From contig JACRFI010000020.1 of assembly GCA_016217965.1 (NCBI GenBank), forward strand, positions 11,550 to 75,549: DNA of 64,000 nt, in the 5' to 3' direction. Positions within the stretch are counted from its first letter, which is position 1, and each line of letters starts with the position of its first letter. The stretch is from Candidatus Kaiserbacteria bacterium. GTDB taxonomy: Bacteria; Patescibacteriota; Minisyncoccia; Phycocordibacterales; UBA2100. The notes beneath the pieces were generated by a model. The model worked only from the letters and a program-made list of their open reading frames with translations, had not been told where the DNA came from and did no database searches. This document shows, piece after piece, positions 60,256 through 64,000 of the stretch. A program made the position numbers and the translations under genes.

Positions 60256-62022
60256 ATGGCGCTTCTCATCCTCTCATTTATCGCGGGTTTGTTGACAGTG
60301 CTTGCTCCGTGCATACTGCCGCTTCTTCCAATTATTATCGGAGGATCACTTGATCCGATGCGGCATGTTCGCCTTCGGCACGCAACGACTGTCGTTTTCT
60401 CGCTCGGCGCATCGGTCATCGTATTTACGTTTCTCCTTAAGGCCTCGACTGCATTCATTGCAATACCGCAGGCGTTTTGGACGTATCTTTCAGGTGGCAT
60501 TGTGTTCTTTTTCGGACTCACGCTTCTCTTTCCAGGATTTTGGGAACGACTTCCTTTTATCGCGAGGCTTAATGCGCGCTCTACACAACTTGTCTCGACA
60601 GGCTATCAGCGCAAGAGTTTTTGGGGCAACGTGCTCATTGGTGCCGCGCTCGGTCCAGTGTTCGCAACGTGCTCCCCGACGTATTTCATTGTTCTTGCGA
60701 CGGTGCTTCCGCAAAATTTTGCGTTGGGAGTCTTGGATATGTTTGCATACGTGGCAGGACTCTGCCTCGCGCTTCTAGCAATTGCGATTTTTGGGCAGCG
60801 GCTTGCTGATCGTCTCGGATTTGCTGCCGACCCGCACGGAAATTTCAAGCGGGTACTCGGCATTGTGTTCGTGATAGTGGGCGTCGTGATATTCACAGGC
60901 TATGATAAAAAAGCGCAAATAAAGCTGCTTGAATGGGGAATATTCGACATCACCAAGGTGGAGCAGAGGTTGCTTCAGTTCGTTGATCCATCGGGGAAGC
61001 CGATATTGCCGCAGAATACGCCGATCATTTTTGACGAAGGAATGCGCGTCGAGAAGAAGGTGCAACTGTTCGAGCGTGCGCCGGAAATAATGAAGCCCGC
61101 GGGGTTCGTCAATACAAATGGGCAACCCATCACCATAGGGGAGTTCCGTGGGAAGAAAGTAGTGCTTCTCGATATCTGGACGTATAGCTGCATCAATTGC
61201 CAGCGCACCATTCCGTACCTTAAGGCATGGGATGATAAGTATCGCGATCAGGGCTTGCAGATCATCGGTATCCATACGCCTGAGTTTGCCTTTGAAAAGG
61301 ATGCAAAGAATGTGGAATGGGCAGTGCAGCAATTCGGCATCAAATATCCGAGCGTTCTTGATAACGATTACGAAACGTGGCGTGCGCTTGGGAATAATTA
61401 CTGGCCCCGGAAATACTTGGTTGATATCGACGGATTTATCGTCTATGACCACATAGGGGAGGGTGCTTACGAGGAAACAGAGGCGGCGATACAACGTGCT
61501 CTTATGGAGCGCTCAATGGTCGTCGGTGAAGGAATGCCAGGCACGGATATCGTCGCCGCTGAAATCGAAGAAGCCGATCTGTCCGGCATCGGGAGTCCGG
61601 AGACATATTTTGGCGCGCTGCGGAATGAATATTTTGCGAATGGTGATCCTGGCGCATTAGGAAGTGGCACATTCGCCGTTCCTGAAAATATCATTCGTAA
61701 CGCTTTGTATTTAGAGGGGGAATGGAACATTACTGAGGAGTATGCAGAGACAAAGAGCAGGGGAAAGATCATCTATCGCTACAACGCAAAGGATGTGTAC
61801 CTAGTTGCAAGTGCTCTCGACGGAGTAACAATAACGGTGCTCCGTGATGGAAAACCTGTCGGTGATTTTGCGGGTGGGGATATCGACGTCGCAACTAGTA
61901 GGGGAGAAGTGAGGGAGCACCGTCTTTACAAGCTTGTGCACGATGAAGAACCGGGAGAGCACGTGCTAGAAATTCAGATCGACGGCGCGGGCCTAGAGGC
62001 ATACGCTTTCACGTTTGGGTAA
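60256..62022 (+). CDS. CcdA/DsbD-family membrane protein fused to C-terminal TlpA-like thioredoxin domain
   Basis: N-terminal multi-TM with LAPCILP; C-terminal DIWTYSCINCQRTIPYL. Confidence 0.75.
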   Translation: MALLILSFIAGLLTVLAPCILPLLPIIIGGSLDPMRHVRLRHATTVVFSLGASVIVFTFLLKASTAFIAIPQAFWTYLSGGIVFFFGLTLLFPGFWERLPFIARLNARSTQLVSTGYQRKSFWGNVLIGAALGPVFATCSPTYFIVLATVLPQNFALGVLDMFAYVAGLCLALLAIAIFGQRLADRLGFAADPHGNFKRVLGIVFVIVGVVIFTGYDKKAQIKLLEWGIFDITKVEQRLLQFVDPSGKPILPQNTPIIFDEGMRVEKKVQLFERAPEIMKPAGFVNTNGQPITIGEFRGKKVVLLDIWTYSCINCQRTIPYLKAWDDKYRDQGLQIIGIHTPEFAFEKDAKNVEWAVQQFGIKYPSVLDNDYETWRALGNNYWPRKYLVDIDGFIVYDHIGEGAYEETEAAIQRALMERSMVVGEGMPGTDIVAAEIEEADLSGIGSPETYFGALRNEYFANGDPGALGSGTFAVPENIIRNALYLEGEWNITEEYAETKSRGKIIYRYNAKDVYLVASALDGVTITVLRDGKPVGDFAGGDIDVATSRGEVREHRLYKLVHDEEPGEHVLEIQIDGAGLEAYAFTFG

Positions 62023-62023
62023 A

Positions 62024-62050
62024 ACTTAAAATGTTCGGACGGCCCTGGGG
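62024..62050. terminator. GC-rich hairpin TTCGGACGGCCC/GGGCCGCCCGAA
   Basis: 2 bp after dsbD-like stop; T-rich on minus side. Confidence 0.4.
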
Positions 62051-62365
62051 GCCGCCCGAAGTAGCGTGAGGAGTGAGCGGATCTATTCCGCTCTGCGAGA
62101 GATCACAATATCGTAGAGGACCCCTTGCTTGACAACGCAGTACCGGTTATCACCGACAGTTCGTACCAAAAAAGGTATGGACGAAATGTTTGTGATTGCG
62201 GCGAGCTGCCGCGTGACCGATATTACGTCTTCAGGCACAGGATCCTGCAGACGACCGCGGTCGGCCATTGCGCTTATCGATGGCACTTTCTTTTTCTCCT
62301 CGGGGCTGAAGAACAAGAGTTGGGTGCCCCATGACCCAACTACACTTTATATAACACGCACAAAA

Positions 62366-62554
62366 TCATTCTGTCGACTTGTCTAGTTTGTCTGCAATGA
62401 GCCGGAGTTTACGAGCGGCCTCCCGCGCGACCTTGTCATCATTGGATTCGCTCAAAATCTTGCTTCCTATTCCAATCAATTGCCTGCCGAGATCTTTCCT
62501 CTCCATATCCTCCTTTTCTGGAGGTTTAATGCCGCGCAGATCTGACATCTCCAA
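62366..62554 (-). CDS. hypothetical small charged protein
   Basis: 62-aa ORF divergent from aminopeptidase gene; weak. Confidence 0.3.
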   Translation of the reverse strand: MEMSDLRGIKPPEKEDMERKDLGRQLIGIGSKILSESNDDKVAREAARKLRLIADKLDKSTE

Positions 62555-62613
62555 AGCATATCATAGATAAGTTTGGAAAAATACAAATTGCCGCATATAC
62601 TGCGATTAAACGT

Positions 62614-63852
62614 ATGGCATATATACCGAGTGACAAAATCCTAAAAAAATACGCGGATGTGATGGTGAACTTTGCCCTGAATAAAGGTCAGGGCATACAG
62701 AAAGGAGATGTTGTGCGGCTTTCGGCGACGGAATCCGCGAAGCCTCTTTTTATCGCGATACACAACGCTATCATCGATGCGGGTGGACACGTAATCTCTC
62801 ACTACGGTCCCGATGAGGAGGAGGGGGATAGGCGGCGCAATATCAATTTCACCCGATATTTTTACGAACACGGAAGCCACGAGCAGCTGACATTCTTTCC
62901 GAAGAATTATTTGAAGGGTGTCGTGGACGACATGGACCATTCGCTCTTTATCCTCGCCGAAAAGGACCCGCATGCGATGGATGGCGTGGACCCGAAAAAG
63001 ATAATGCTCCGCGGGCAGACCATGAAGCCTTTTATGGATTGGCGGCGCGAGAAGGAATACAAGGGAAAACTGACGTGGTCTATCTGCATGTACGGGACTC
63101 CTGGTATGGCGAAGGAAGCAGGGCTCTCAGAAAAAGTGTACTGGGACCAGATAATCAAGGCGTGCTTTTTGGATAAAGCGAACCCAATAGCCGAGTGGAA
63201 AAAAGTGTACAAAGAAATCGAACACTACAAACTCGCACTAAACAAACTTTCCCCAAAAATCGACAAGTTGCATGTGAAGGGTGCTGATGCAGATCTCTGG
63301 GTCAAGCTTGGCGAGAAGCGCCAATGGCTCGCGGGTCGCGGGTACAACATGCCATCGTTCGAGATATTCACGTCTCCCGATTGGCGTGGCACGAATGGGT
63401 GGATACGGTTCAACCAGCCTTTGTATCGCTATGGAACGATGATGACAGGCATACAGCTGTGGTTCAAGGATGGGAAGGTAGTAAAAAGCAAAGCGAAGAC
63501 AAACGAGAAATTTTTGAAGCAAATGATTGCGACCGAGGGGGCAAATAAGATCGGCGAATACTCGCTCACTGATAGCCGACACTCGCGCATCACAAAATTC
63601 ATGGCGGAGACCTTGTACGATGAGAATGTTGGTGGCAGGCAGGGAAATACGCACCTCGCGCTCGGCATGGCGTACAAAGATACGTTTTCAGGTGATGTAT
63701 CAAAGCTCTCGAAAAAACAGGCAGCAAATCTTGGGTTCAATGACTCGTCGGTCCACACCGATATCATCTCGACGACGAAACGCACTGTGACCGCGCATCT
63801 CAAGAATGGTCAGCAAAAGGTAATCTATCACGATGGGAAGTTCGTCTTATAG
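62614..63852 (+). CDS. M29-family (AmpS/PepS-type) aminopeptidase
   Basis: N-terminal YADVMVNFALNKGQGIQKGD...; size 412 aa. Confidence 0.7.
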   Translation: MAYIPSDKILKKYADVMVNFALNKGQGIQKGDVVRLSATESAKPLFIAIHNAIIDAGGHVISHYGPDEEEGDRRRNINFTRYFYEHGSHEQLTFFPKNYLKGVVDDMDHSLFILAEKDPHAMDGVDPKKIMLRGQTMKPFMDWRREKEYKGKLTWSICMYGTPGMAKEAGLSEKVYWDQIIKACFLDKANPIAEWKKVYKEIEHYKLALNKLSPKIDKLHVKGADADLWVKLGEKRQWLAGRGYNMPSFEIFTSPDWRGTNGWIRFNQPLYRYGTMMTGIQLWFKDGKVVKSKAKTNEKFLKQMIATEGANKIGEYSLTDSRHSRITKFMAETLYDENVGGRQGNTHLALGMAYKDTFSGDVSKLSKKQAANLGFNDSSVHTDIISTTKRTVTAHLKNGQQKVIYHDGKFVL

Positions 63853-63861
63853 AATAACGTT

Positions 63862-64000
63862 GTGAAGACGATCTATTTTGTCCGGCATGGGCAGAGCGAG
63901 AACAACGCCGCGCGGCGGTACAATACGCTCGATACCCCGCTTTCCGAGAAGGGGAAAGCTCAGGCGGCAACGATAGGTGAGCGGCTTACAAAATTGCCTG
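63862..64000 (+). CDS. histidine-phosphatase (phosphoglycerate-mutase-like) family protein, 5' partial at window edge
   Basis: IYFVRHGQSENN RHG motif; runs off window. Confidence 0.6.
   Translation, partial: MKTIYFVRHGQSENNAARRYNTLDTPLSEKGKAQAATIGERLTKLP

Noticed and set aside
62083-62334. ORFs 62083..62316(-) and 62125..62334(+)
   Set aside because: Mutually overlapping, no motifs, located in a short spacer after a terminator; insufficient support for either.

Overview
The window is a gene-dense bacterial chromosomal segment of about 50% GC with roughly 75 protein genes, 3 intact tRNAs and one tRNA fragment. Most of it is housekeeping: rpmG, tRNA-Trp, a fumarase/aspartase-family lyase, enolase, gpmI, miaA, parB, rel, topA, dprA, serS, an ftsQ-like gene, dus, dnaX, an aspartokinase-homoserine dehydrogenase fusion, asd, zwf, a short-form gnd, glpX and a class I aldolase. 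The small genes, the sortases, the DUF378 protein, the class I aldolase, the many GIY-YIG genes and the fused, minimal pathways are consistent with a reduced-genome organism such as Patescibacteria/CPR, but I cannot verify the taxon. The accessory content that stands out is listed below.
(1) An island between tRNA-Trp and the yhhQ-like gene that replaces the usual secE-nusG context. It is bounded by two small GIY-YIG nuclease genes. It carries a 481-aa protein whose C-terminus has an Rx4H motif (HEPN-like), and it begins with a ~690-bp non-coding stretch that ends in a minus-strand terminator.
(2) A third GIY-YIG gene inserted exactly between a decayed 5' fragment of tRNA-Gln and an intact tRNA-Gln.
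(3) A duplicated 3' tail of rpmG, with three hairpins between the gene and the duplicate.
(4) A GC-rich, palindromic intergenic repeat of about 100 bp, present in two copies.
(5) Several long inverted-repeat and operator-like elements. One is a perfect 28-bp palindrome upstream of an ArsR-family regulator next to a GFA-family gene. Another lies upstream of a thioredoxin and CcdA/DsbD-TlpA pair.
(6) A GT20 trehalose-6-phosphate-synthase-like enzyme fused to a two-TM plus HAMP-like sensor module, followed by an inositol-monophosphatase-family gene.
(7) A 71-aa sortase substrate with an IPNTG sorting signal next to a sortase gene.
No CRISPR array, rRNA or classical transposase was seen. All functional calls are from motif recognition by eye; none was confirmed by a search.
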